Shown here piece after piece: positions 49,700 to 58,668 of a DNA stretch of 64,000 bases. Positions within the stretch are counted from its first letter, which is position 1. Each line of letters starts with the position of its first letter. The stretch is from Candidatus Magasanikbacteria bacterium UBA922 (GTDB lineage: Bacteria > Patescibacteriota > Patescibacteriia > Magasanikbacterales > UBA922). Under the pieces are notes generated by a model that was given only the letters and a program-made list of their open reading frames with translations, had not been told where the DNA came from and did not search any database. The translations under genes and the position numbers were made by a program. Where the stretch lies: NCBI GenBank assembly GCA_002293825.1, contig DBDW01000008.1:9430-73429 (forward strand). The letters run 5' to 3'.

Positions 49700-49806
49700 A
49701 AAACACTCAGATTTAAACAAAAATCATCAACTACTATGCGATATCGACGCCCTGAACGAGTCACAGGCTACACCGCTCTAGTTGAGACTTTTAAACTAAT
49801 TAATCA

Positions 49807-50025
49807 TTAGAACCGATAGGTAATACGTCCTTTTGAGAGATCATACGGCGTCATTTCGACTTTCACCTCGTCACCGACGTTGAGTCGAATATTGAACATT
49901 CGCATTTTTCCACCCAAATGAGCGATTACTTCGTGTTCGTTTTCAAGTTTTACACGAAATTTGGCACCAGGAAGAAGTTCATCGATCACTCCCCTGACTT
50001 CCAAAAAATCATTGTTTTTTGGCAT
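49807..50025 (-). CDS. infA: translation initiation factor IF-1
   Basis: 72 aa with an S1-like OB fold ([14 protein letters not shown]...). Confidence 0.95.
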   Translation of the reverse strand: MPKNNDFLEVRGVIDELLPGAKFRVKLENEHEVIAHLGGKMRMFNIRLNVGDEVKVEMTPYDLSKGRITYRF

Positions 50026-50147
50026 GTAAAAAAAATATTTAACGCGGGTATTGTAGCGTATATGAATAAAATTGTCAATACGAGCACGATGTGCACAGAA
50101 TTACGTTATTTTTGCGCTATATAAAGCTCAAAAATCTATATGACTGA

Positions 50148-50600
50148 CTACTCCTTCTCACCTGCTCGCTCACGATACACCCAGAATCTGAATAATGCAA
50201 AATTCCACAAAACCATGCAGGCAATTGATAACACCCGCACAGCTACATGATGAATTCCCCATTGTTCATTTCCCACGTACATCGCACTCACCGAAAACAC
50301 ATAATTCCACGTAGCAAGTATCAAATATCGCACAAGCTCCTGATGAGCTTTCCCTACACTTCCAAATGACCACTTTTTATTGAGTGTAAAATTAAATGTA
50401 AGAACAATCGCCTGACTCAGGACCACTGACACGGTAGGGTTAATCGAAAGGATATCCGCACATACGATCAATAATGAGATATCGATCGCTACACTAGAAA
50501 CTCCCACGATCACGTATTTTGCAAATTTAACACGCTCATTCCATGCGCGTCGTATGAACGGTATCAAAAAATCTTTCATAGATTCTACAGTATACCCCAC
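50148..50600 (-). CDS. GtrA-family membrane protein
   Basis: Four TM helices with FAKYVIVGVSS and NFTLNKKWSF motifs. Confidence 0.65.
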   Translation of the reverse strand: MGYTVESMKDFLIPFIRRAWNERVKFAKYVIVGVSSVAIDISLLIVCADILSINPTVSVVLSQAIVLTFNFTLNKKWSFGSVGKAHQELVRYLILATWNYVFSVSAMYVGNEQWGIHHVAVRVLSIACMVLWNFALFRFWVYRERAGEKE

Positions 50601-50630
50601 CTACGGCAAGATTGCTAGAAAACCGTACAC

Positions 50631-51482
50631 TTATACACTCACTACACTCGTATTCTTTTTTCGATGAGATCGAATTACCGAAAACGCGAACGCACCCAAG
50701 AATACACAACCCTGGAAGAACACAATCGCACCCCCGGTCGAAACATCAAGATAATAACTCGCATATGCGCCCACAACCGAAGAAACCACACTGACCACAC
50801 TTGCAATTACAAGCATCACTGGAAAACGCTTGGTAAGTAAAAACGCAGTAGACCCAGGCGTGATAAGCATAGCGATTACGAGAATAATACCTACGGTCTG
50901 TAATGATGCAGTGATCGTCACGGCGAGCAATACCAATAGAAAGTAGTGAATGAATTTTGCACTCACCCCTACCGATTGCATATGTGTGGGATCAAAACAA
51001 AACAAGAGCAGTGTACGGCGAAAGGTGAGAATAATAGCTGCAACCACCGCAGAGACACCGATGGTATACCATGCAGCTACATCGGAAATTCCGAGTACAT
51101 AGCCAAAAAGTACATGCATGAGATCGATAGAACTCACCGTACGAGAAATCAAAATGAGTCCCAACGCAAACAAGGTAGTGAATACGATTCCCATCACAGC
51201 ATCCTCTTTTATCTTCGTATGCGTCTTGATACTCCCGATCAGTAATACTGCCAAAAGTGCAAAGATAAATCCTCCAACGCTAAACGGGATACCGATAATA
51301 TAAGCGAGCACTACCCCTGGAAGCACAGCGTGAGAGATAGCATCACCCAAGAGTGACCATCCTTTCAAAATAAGGAAGCATGACAGGAGTGCGCATACCG
51401 CACCCACCACAGATGAGACTACAATAGCCTTCACCATAAAGGGGTACTGGAGTGGAATGGTAATTAAATCGACGATATTCAT
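50631..51482 (-). CDS. metal (Mn/Zn/Fe) ABC transporter permease (TroC/MntB/ZnuB family)
   Basis: Eight TM helices, ABC-3 family, in an operon with the ATPase and the cluster A-I binding protein. Confidence 0.8.
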   Translation of the reverse strand: MNIVDLITIPLQYPFMVKAIVVSSVVGAVCALLSCFLILKGWSLLGDAISHAVLPGVVLAYIIGIPFSVGGFIFALLAVLLIGSIKTHTKIKEDAVMGIVFTTLFALGLILISRTVSSIDLMHVLFGYVLGISDVAAWYTIGVSAVVAAIILTFRRTLLLFCFDPTHMQSVGVSAKFIHYFLLVLLAVTITASLQTVGIILVIAMLITPGSTAFLLTKRFPVMLVIASVVSVVSSVVGAYASYYLDVSTGGAIVFFQGCVFLGAFAFSVIRSHRKKNTSVVSV

Positions 51483-51543
51483 ACGGTATATTAGAGTTTA
51501 TAGCACATAGTTTATATAAAAAACACATTCGTATTCCTATTAG

Positions 51544-52281
51544 CTATGCGCTAAACTTGATACGATGCATAGCTCCATCAAATGTCTGCGTCACATTGTC
51601 CCGTGTGAAGACTTCTGTCGTCGGTCCATATGCTACCACTGTCTTTTTGATCAGTGCCACATGATCACAATATTCGGACAACGACGTAAGTTCGTGAGTA
51701 GACAATATAATGGTCTTTCCAGCTTGCTTCAACGTGAGCAACAATTCGGTCAATGCATGTTCACTTTTTGCATCTACTCCTGCAAACGGCTCGTCGAGTA
51801 ACAATATATCCGCACCATGTGCTAGTGCACGAGCCACAAAGACCCGTTTTTTCTGCCCACCCGAAAGCTCTCCGATCTGTCGATCTCGGTATTCTTTCAT
51901 TCCTACTTTTTCGAGTGCATTCATGACCTGCGCATGATCTTCTGCTCTTGGTGTGCGAAATATATTTTGCAAACCAAACCTTCCCATCATCACCACATCA
52001 TATACAGAGACAGGAAAATCCCAGTCTACCAATTCATTCTGTGGCACATAGGCTACGACTCCTTCTTTTTGTGCCTGCAATGGCGTCTTCTGATCCACCA
52101 GTACCGACCCACTCGTCGGACGCACCAATCCCATAATGACTTTGAACAGAGTAGATTTCCCTGCACCGTTCATACCGATCACTCCAGAAAATGTTCCTTC
52201 TGGAATCTGAATAGATGCATTTTCTAATCCCATTCTATCTTGATATTCTACTGATACATTGTGCAATTCTATCGCGTACAT
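51544..52281 (-). CDS. metal ABC transporter ATP-binding protein (TroB/MntA/ZnuC family)
   Basis: Walker A GMNGAGKST, LSGGQKKR and LLLDEP. Confidence 0.85.
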   Translation of the reverse strand: MYAIELHNVSVEYQDRMGLENASIQIPEGTFSGVIGMNGAGKSTLFKVIMGLVRPTSGSVLVDQKTPLQAQKEGVVAYVPQNELVDWDFPVSVYDVVMMGRFGLQNIFRTPRAEDHAQVMNALEKVGMKEYRDRQIGELSGGQKKRVFVARALAHGADILLLDEPFAGVDAKSEHALTELLLTLKQAGKTIILSTHELTSLSEYCDHVALIKKTVVAYGPTTEVFTRDNVTQTFDGAMHRIKFSA

Positions 52282-52307
52282 ACTATTTTTTTTGTTGAAT
52301 AATACAA

Positions 52308-53237
52308 TTACAGACCACGTAGTCCATTCACAATCGTCTCTACGGTGTGTGTGAGTAATGCGAGATACGTTGGTGCCGGACCGTCTGCACCTGACAACGA
52401 ATCTACATATAATACTCCCCCCATACGGCTTCCCGATTCGCGCACAACTTCTTCTTGAATTTTTGGCTCTACCGTACTCTCACAAAAGATTGCCGGAATA
52501 GTATTCTTTTTCACTTGATCAACTACATAGGCAATTTGTTGCGGACTCCCTTGTGACTCATCATTGATAGCCCAGAGATATAACTCTTTCATACCATAAT
52601 CCTTTGCGAGATAACTAAATGCTCCTTCACAAGTAGTAAGATAACGTTGTGCTTCGGGAATTTTTGATATAGATTCTCTCAGTTGAATATCAAGTGCTTT
52701 GATTTTTTCCGAATAGATGCGTGCCCGCTCAGCAAAATACGCCTCATCTTCTGGGGAAACCTCGGTCAATGCTTTTCTAATATTTTCCACATACACGAGT
52801 GCCTGTTTGGGCGACATCCATGCGTGTGGATTTGGTTTGTCTTTGTATGCACCCTCAGCAATTGGCACTACCTCGATCCCTTCACTAATGGTCACATGTG
52901 GAACATTAGAAATACTTGTATACAATTTTTGTGCCCACAATTCGAGATTGAGACCATTGTCAAAAATAATATCAGCACGTGACGCACGAACCAAATCTCC
53001 AGGAGTCGGTTCATATCCATGAATTTCTACTCCGGGCTTGGTCAAAGAAATTGCTTCCACTTTCTCACCCCCCACTTCACGCACCATATCTGAAATTACG
53101 GTAAACGTAGAAAGTACCGTGAGTCGAGTGTCTGTATTTTGTTTTTCACGATCTGCATCTCGAGATACAAGAAACACCCAACTCAACATTATCGAGATGG
53201 CCACTACTACAATAGATATAATAATTTTTTTATTCAT
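52308..53237 (-). CDS. periplasmic metal-binding protein, cluster A-I (TroA/MntC/ZnuA family), membrane-anchored
   Basis: N-terminal TM, then a TroA-like fold with metal-ligand His/Asp positions conserved. Confidence 0.8.
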   Translation of the reverse strand: MNKKIIISIVVVAISIMLSWVFLVSRDADREKQNTDTRLTVLSTFTVISDMVREVGGEKVEAISLTKPGVEIHGYEPTPGDLVRASRADIIFDNGLNLELWAQKLYTSISNVPHVTISEGIEVVPIAEGAYKDKPNPHAWMSPKQALVYVENIRKALTEVSPEDEAYFAERARIYSEKIKALDIQLRESISKIPEAQRYLTTCEGAFSYLAKDYGMKELYLWAINDESQGSPQQIAYVVDQVKKNTIPAIFCESTVEPKIQEEVVRESGSRMGGVLYVDSLSGADGPAPTYLALLTHTVETIVNGLRGL

Positions 53238-53304
53238 AATTTTATTCTAGATTCAAATACGTGATGTACACATAAATTTTTCTATGTGTATCCCTCTTTT
53301 GTTT

Positions 53305-53709
53305 TTATTTTTTGATTTTCTTTCCATGAGGATCCACATCTGGATTACCGAGAAATTTCGCGAGACGCTCGATCACCTTGTCTGAAAACGCATGCTCCAG
53401 TTTGTGAGCTTCCGCATGAATATCCGACGACGGAATATCGAGTACTGTATGAAGAAATACTTCAATCAAACGATGCTTGTATGTGAGTTTTTCTGCAAGA
53501 CCATGCCCTCGTGTAGTCAATGTAATACCTCCACTTCGATTGGTCTTGATCAATCGTGCACGCTCGAGATCATGCACACGTTCGGAAACCGTAGAACGAG
53601 CGAGCGAAAGATATCGTGCAATATCGATAATACGAACCTGTACCCCTTGTTCACCAAGACAATGAATTGCTCTCACATAATCTTCTCTTGTTGATGTAAT
53701 TTTTTTCAT
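53305..53709 (-). CDS. DtxR/MntR-family metal-dependent repressor
   Basis: N-terminal wHTH (DYVRAIHCL...RIIDIARYLSLARSTVSERV) and metal-site residues in DIHAEAHKLEHAF. Confidence 0.85.
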   Translation of the reverse strand: MKKITSTREDYVRAIHCLGEQGVQVRIIDIARYLSLARSTVSERVHDLERARLIKTNRSGGITLTTRGHGLAEKLTYKHRLIEVFLHTVLDIPSSDIHAEAHKLEHAFSDKVIERLAKFLGNPDVDPHGKKIKK

Positions 53710-53718
53710 ATATCCTAT

Positions 53719-53738
53719 TTGTTCGTATATACGAACAA
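53719..53738. promoter_or_regulatory. candidate MntR/DtxR-type operator
   Basis: Perfect 20-bp palindrome TTGTTCGTATATACGAACAA, 10 nt upstream of the repressor start codon. Confidence 0.5.
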
Positions 53739-53895
53739 TACTATACCACGACCTATTGATATCGTCAAGAAGCCTGTGTTCCTCTCATGATACATTGACA
53801 ACAAAACCCTACTATGATAGCTTCTTTCCAAGTTTGGACTGTCTCAGTCTAGACTCTAGCCAACAACCAACCCTTGCGACGACCAAGGAGGACAT

Positions 53896-53991
53896 ATGGA
53901 CCCGCCGAAGAAAAACCTGGTGAAAAAAGATAACATGATGGACAAGTCCAGCATCGGCAAGACGGCGCGCACGACGACCGCGGCACGCTGA
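53896..53991 (+). CDS. hypothetical 31-aa lysine-rich peptide (GC-rich cassette E, first ORF)
   Basis: A consensus SD (AAGGAGGA) sits 6 nt before the ATG. GC3-rich codons, unlike the AT-rich host genes. Confidence 0.35.
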   Translation: MDPPKKNLVKKDNMMDKSSIGKTARTTTAAR

Positions 53992-54144
53992 TCCACGACA
54001 CGGAGGTCGAGGATCCGCACCCCCCCACCGTAAGGAAAGGAAATGAAAAAGTATGCAGTCTTCTAGCGATTCCAACCTTTGGCTTTCGTGACCACAGTCA
54101 ACCTTACTACCGCAGATGCGGTACGAAAAAAGCTGTGCTCGCAC

Positions 54145-54199
54145 CTAGAGCCACACCTATCACACGAACAACAACTCAAGTGATATGGTGTGGCTCTAG
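54145..54199. repeat. long nested inverted repeat (13-bp perfect stem plus 6-bp inner stem)
   Basis: CTAGAGCCACACC-TATCAC...GTGATA-tg-GGTGTGGCTCTAG. Confidence 0.6.
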
Positions 54200-54220
54200 A
54201 CTACTATTATCATCTATCTC

Positions 54221-54243
54221 AAAAACGCCTATAAGGCGTTTTA
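54221..54243. terminator. bidirectional intrinsic terminator
   Basis: AAAAACGCC-tataa-GGCGTTTTATT. Confidence 0.55.
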
Positions 54244-54254
54244 TTGGTTTTCTA

Positions 54255-54283
54255 TTGACAATTTCTCGTTATTTGTGTACCAT
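54255..54283 (+). promoter_or_regulatory. near-consensus sigma-70 promoter
   Basis: TTGACA, a 17-nt spacer, then TACCAT. Confidence 0.5.
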
Positions 54284-54376
54284 CTCACGGCCTGTTTTAC
54301 CTGTGTTCCAGTATTCACTGATACACAACAGGTTACATAACTACACGAGTAACAACAATACACTTTTGGAGCAATC

Positions 54377-54601
54377 GTGCACGATCCTCGTTTTTCCTCG
54401 TTCTTCTACGACACCCTCCCTGACAAGAGTGAAAGCGCCCGATCGACCACGCTCGTCCCCGACGACTCGATCCCCACGGGACCGCTACACCCGCGTCGAG
54501 TACGGGCAGGAGGCAACCGCCGGATCCAGACCGACAACGGTCTCATGAAGTTCACCGGCGAGGAGACGCCAGGCAACACAGGTGACGGAAACGTCGCCTA
54601 A
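54377..54601 (+). CDS. hypothetical 74-aa acidic/proline-rich protein (GC-rich cassette E, second ORF)
   Basis: GTG start with GGAG 5 nt upstream and GC3-rich codons. The ORF on the opposite strand is probably frame noise. Confidence 0.4.
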   Translation: MHDPRFSSFFYDTLPDKSESARSTTLVPDDSIPTGPLHPRRVRAGGNRRIQTDNGLMKFTGEETPGNTGDGNVA

Positions 54602-54705
54602 GAAGCACTCTCTGTAGTTACCGGCGCTGTATTCAACCGACTTCTCGTAGTTGGGTACGGCGTCCGGACTCAACTTGTTCATTCTAAGATAATCTTATCT
54701 ACAAG

Positions 54706-54765
54706 AAAAAGCAGATAGCAAGTAGCAAACTAATTTGATACTACACTATCTGCTTTTTTATTTTG
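54706..54765. terminator. bidirectional terminator hairpin with a large loop
   Basis: AAAAAGCAGATAG...(loop)...CTATCTGCTTTTTTATTTT, between the convergent cassette E gene and guaC. Confidence 0.5.
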
Positions 54766-54775
54766 AACAAAATCT

Positions 54776-55741
54776 TTACGTAATTACATGTTCGACATTT
54801 CTAATATCATAGAGTGTCGTTCCTCCACTATACGAAATTGCACTTTGCAAATCTTCTTCAATCTCTTGTAACTTTTGCTCATACGTCATCGTATTGCATT
54901 CGATGTGACGTAAAAATCCTTCTACATGATGGCGCGTACCTTTATTATGCTCTGATGCTGAGCCAAAATATATCTTCTTTACTTCCCCATCAACACTGAT
55001 CGTCTCACCAGGAGAATCGACACATGCACTAAACATACCCCCAATCATCACCATATCTGCTCCTGCATGAATCGCTTTTGCAATATCTCCATTATGCTTG
55101 ATTCCTCCATCTGCGATAAGTATGGTTTTTAATTTTTTTTCTTTTTTCACTTGCCCACATGCACTCACACACGAATACATCGGATACGTAAATCCTGTCT
55201 TAAATTTGGTCGAACATGCAGACCCGCCACCAATTCCTATTTTTACCGCATCAGCCCCCCATTCCGACAAATCCACCAACGCGTCTCCACTTGCCACATT
55301 TCCTGCAATAATAAAACATTCAGGAAAATGTTTTCTCGTATGTTCCAAAATTTTCTTGACTGCCAGACTATGTCCATGTGCAATATCGATTGTTACCGCA
55401 TCAACACGAAGATTCTTTGACTTCAAGGTATCGATTAGTGCGTAATCAGCATCTTTTACTCCGAGAGAAATTGAAATAAAAATATCTTGATTCTTCTCGA
55501 TCCACGCAACAATCTCTTCGTATGCATAAAATCTATGGAGAATATAAAAATATTGATGTTCTGCCATCCAGCGTGCAAGCGTAAAATCAATGGTGCATTT
55601 CATATTTGCAGGCATCACCGGCACCTTCCACTGTTTTCCAGCATACTGTACCGACGTATTACACTCTGATCGAGAATTCACGACACAGAGTTTTGGCACA
55701 AGCCACACCTGTGAATATTCGAGTGCTTTTTCCATAGACAT
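54776..55741 (-). CDS. GMP reductase / IMPDH-family TIM-barrel oxidoreductase lacking CBS domains
   Basis: IADGGIKHNGDIAKAIHAGADMVMIGGMFSA, and a catalytic Cys region (GIGGGSACST). Confidence 0.7.
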   Translation of the reverse strand: MSMEKALEYSQVWLVPKLCVVNSRSECNTSVQYAGKQWKVPVMPANMKCTIDFTLARWMAEHQYFYILHRFYAYEEIVAWIEKNQDIFISISLGVKDADYALIDTLKSKNLRVDAVTIDIAHGHSLAVKKILEHTRKHFPECFIIAGNVASGDALVDLSEWGADAVKIGIGGGSACSTKFKTGFTYPMYSCVSACGQVKKEKKLKTILIADGGIKHNGDIAKAIHAGADMVMIGGMFSACVDSPGETISVDGEVKKIYFGSASEHNKGTRHHVEGFLRHIECNTMTYEQKLQEIEEDLQSAISYSGGTTLYDIRNVEHVIT

Positions 55742-55806
55742 GTATGGTTAAAACTTATGATATATATTATTTTTGCACGTAAAAAAAGGGTTATGACTAA
55801 CCCTTT

Positions 55807-57831
55807 TTATTCTACGACTGCTTTGATACGGCGAACCCCTGCACTTACCGCTTCTTCTTTTACAATTTTGAATTTTCCGATCACTCCCGTGTGTTCCACA
55901 TGTGGTCCTCCACAGAGTTCTCTACTAAACGTCGGAGCTTTCGGATCTGCGACTGGCAACTCTTTTGGATCACCCACACTGTACACTTTTACCATATCTT
56001 CGTATTTGTCTCCAAATAGCCCCATTGCCCCGCGTTTTCTCGCTTCTTCGAGAGGTAATATCTCGAATCCTACAGGATAATCTCGCTCAATTGCTGCATT
56101 TACCAATTCTTCAACGGCTGCAATCTGCTCGGGTGTCATTTTTTCTCCATGCGCAAAATCAAATCTCAAACGCTCGGGCGTGATATTACTTCCTTTTTGT
56201 ACCGCATGAGGACCTAACACCTTTTGTACTGCAGCATGGAGTAAATGTGTAGCGGTATGATATTTCAGACTCATCTCACTATGATCCGCGAGCCCACCTT
56301 TGAATTTCTGCTCAGATGCTTGACGAGAAAGTTCTTGATGTCTATTTTTTTCATTCTCAAACCCTTGTAAATCAACTTTTAACGCCCTCTCATTTGCAAG
56401 TTCTAGAGTTAATTCAATTGGAAAACCATATGATTGCACCAAATCAAAAGCTTGAACACCATCAATCACATTATCATCAAGTGCATTTTTATCTTTTATA
56501 ATACTTTCAAATTTTTTAAGACCTTGTTCTAAGGTATTTCTAAATTTCTTCTCCTCTTTTTCCAATTCATTCAAAATATCAATTCGTTTTTCATTTAAAT
56601 TAGCGTAAGCGCTGGAATAATAATTAATAAAACAATCAGCAACAAATGAAGTAAAGTTCTCTTTTATTCTAAGCTTTAAACCAAATCTCACTGCTCTTCT
56701 AATAAGCCTTCTAACAAAATATCCTTGATCTTTATTCCCAGGTAACACCCCATCACTAATCAAAAATGTTGCAGCACGAATATGATCAAGAATTACTCTA
56801 AACGCATAGGTAATTTCTTTTTGACTGATAGGATAAGTTCCATCTTGGATTTTTTCTGTCTCAAGTTTATTTCCAGAACTAAAAACATATTCAGCGGTGA
56901 AAGGTTCACTTTGATATCTAAGTTTTGTTTTTTCTTCAAGCAAAAATATTGCATCCTCAAATACATCAATCCTAAACACATCAGGATTTCCATTCAGTGC
57001 CGCTGCAATACGTTCGAGCCCTCCGCCAAAATCCACATTCTGCTGCTGTAATTTTTCAAAACCATTCTCAGTCTTCTGATATTCCATGAATACATTGTTT
57101 CCAATTTCCATGAATCGACCACAGTCGCAATTCACATGACACGGACTATCTTTCCATTCTGATGTTTCGTGCAATCCGAGCTCTACTCCAAAATCCCAAA
57201 ACATTTCAGTGTCTGGGCCACCAGGCTCTCCGACTGGCATGTTGCCAGGCACCCCACTTCTGCTCCACCAATTTTTCTTTTCTGAATAATAAAAAATTCG
57301 CTCACCTGGTTTCATCCCATCTTTTTCTGGATCTTCCCCGATACCCGCATCGATATTTTTTTCTTTATAAAGTTTCTGCCACAATTCTGCAGCTTCGGTA
57401 TCACGAGGAATACCAAGCTCTTCATTTCCTTTGAAACACGTGAAATACAACCGATTCGGATCGAGACCGACTTCTGTGGTCAAAAATTCCCACATCCAGG
57501 GAATCTGCTCTTGCTTAAAATAATCACCCAAGGACCAGTTACCAAGCATTTCAAAAAAGGTAGTGTGGCGATTATCACCCACTTCTTCGATATCTTGTGA
57601 TCGAAAACATTTTTGCGAATCAGTAATTCTGGTTCCCTGAGGATGCTTCTGTCCGAGTAAATATGGAACCATCGGTTGCATTCCTGAGCCAGTAAACAGA
57701 GTAGTAGGATCATTCTCCGGAATAAGCGAAGAAGATGGGATTACCACGTGTCCCTTCTGTGCAAAAAATTCGAGATATTTTTTTCTAAGTTCTGATGTAG
57801 ACATACCTGTGCAATCGTACACGAAATTCAC
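55807..57831 (-). CDS. alaS: alanine--tRNA ligase, short form lacking the C-Ala domain
   Basis: Class-II catalytic core (FTGSGMQPMVPYLLG), tRNA-recognition and editing domain with HTATHLLHAAVQKVLG. It ends after about 674 aa. Confidence 0.85.
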   Translation of the reverse strand: MNFVYDCTGMSTSELRKKYLEFFAQKGHVVIPSSSLIPENDPTTLFTGSGMQPMVPYLLGQKHPQGTRITDSQKCFRSQDIEEVGDNRHTTFFEMLGNWSLGDYFKQEQIPWMWEFLTTEVGLDPNRLYFTCFKGNEELGIPRDTEAAELWQKLYKEKNIDAGIGEDPEKDGMKPGERIFYYSEKKNWWSRSGVPGNMPVGEPGGPDTEMFWDFGVELGLHETSEWKDSPCHVNCDCGRFMEIGNNVFMEYQKTENGFEKLQQQNVDFGGGLERIAAALNGNPDVFRIDVFEDAIFLLEEKTKLRYQSEPFTAEYVFSSGNKLETEKIQDGTYPISQKEITYAFRVILDHIRAATFLISDGVLPGNKDQGYFVRRLIRRAVRFGLKLRIKENFTSFVADCFINYYSSAYANLNEKRIDILNELEKEEKKFRNTLEQGLKKFESIIKDKNALDDNVIDGVQAFDLVQSYGFPIELTLELANERALKVDLQGFENEKNRHQELSRQASEQKFKGGLADHSEMSLKYHTATHLLHAAVQKVLGPHAVQKGSNITPERLRFDFAHGEKMTPEQIAAVEELVNAAIERDYPVGFEILPLEEARKRGAMGLFGDKYEDMVKVYSVGDPKELPVADPKAPTFSRELCGGPHVEHTGVIGKFKIVKEEAVSAGVRRIKAVVE

Positions 57832-58220
57832 GATTAACGCAAGTATTTGAGGGCAACAAAAAGAAGAATTCCTACCAAAATGAGGTACGGCCAGGTAGCT
57901 GCGAAAAAGTCCCAGATTCCGATGATACCATCCATAGATTAAGGGTATTAAAATTTGAAGTAATTGGGGTTTTTAGCCCTAATATATCGGGCTTTTAGAG
58001 TATACCACACTTTCTAAAGAAGAATACAGGCTCTATTGAAAAACCCGTTCTGATATGCAGCATTAGAACACTCAACACAACTAGCTGCAAAAGGGTTGGT
58101 AGAATGTCTAAATTCTCATTCTCAAAAAGAAATAGAGAGCTTCGAACACTCGTTTGAGCGGACACTGTCCCGTGTTTGTCCCCCGACGTATGTCGAGGTC
58201 TCGATGAACACGAGCAGCAC

Positions 58221-58250
58221 AAACACATTCACCTATACAGGTGTTTTTTA
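58221..58250 (+). repeat. left copy of a 30-bp direct repeat containing a terminator hairpin
   Basis: AAACACATTCACCTATACAGGTGTTTTTT. An identical copy lies at 58635. Confidence 0.75.
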
Positions 58251-58359
58251 TTATGTAAAAAACACCATACAATTGACAAAATTATAAAAACATGGTATTT
58301 TGATTTGTCCTTTTGGACCACCCATCTTTGATGTAAGTGCACTCGAACAGGAGTCTGAC

Positions 58360-58563
58360 ATGGTAGAAAAAATCGTCACCTTCCCCAAGGAAGGTACTGA
58401 GCAAGAAATCCGAAACATGCACAGTCAAGAAGCCAACCTGGCAATCGTTGCCCAGGCAAATGACTGGCTTACCCAGAAGGCCGACAGCATCGACGTTCTC
58501 CATCGGTCAGTCCACACGAGTGGAGGCCTACTGGTCATCACGGTCTGGTATAACGATCGGTGA
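58360..58563 (+). CDS. hypothetical 67-aa protein (GC-rich cassette F)
   Basis: Promoter TTGACA-17-TATTTT at 58273..58301. SD AGGAG and GC3-rich codons. Followed by a 10-bp inverted repeat, CTGATTCCCG...CGGGAATCAG. Confidence 0.5.
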   Translation: MVEKIVTFPKEGTEQEIRNMHSQEANLAIVAQANDWLTQKADSIDVLHRSVHTSGGLLVITVWYNDR

Positions 58564-58634
58564 TCAGATAACGGACACCACAACTGATTCCCGTTTTTGC
58601 AACCCTCCTCGGGCAAGTAAATACGGGAATCAGT

Positions 58635-58664
58635 AAACACATTCACCTATACAGGTGTTTTTTT
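58635..58664 (+). repeat. right copy of the 30-bp direct repeat / terminator
   Basis: AAACACATTCACCTATACAGGTGTTTTTTT. Confidence 0.75.
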
Positions 58665-58668
58665 ATTT

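Noticed and set aside
53812-54144. 110-aa minus-strand ORF (MRAQLFSYRICGS...) inside cassette E
   Set aside because: Arginine- and cysteine-rich composition typical of an out-of-frame read of GC-rich DNA. The plus strand carries ORFs with perfect SD sequences, so this one is probably frame noise.
57835-57935. 33-aa hydrophobic ORF (MDGIIGIWDFFAATWPYLILVGILLFVALKYLR) upstream of alaS
   Set aside because: It is plausible as a small membrane protein, but it has no RBS and no conservation evidence, so it was not listed as a feature.
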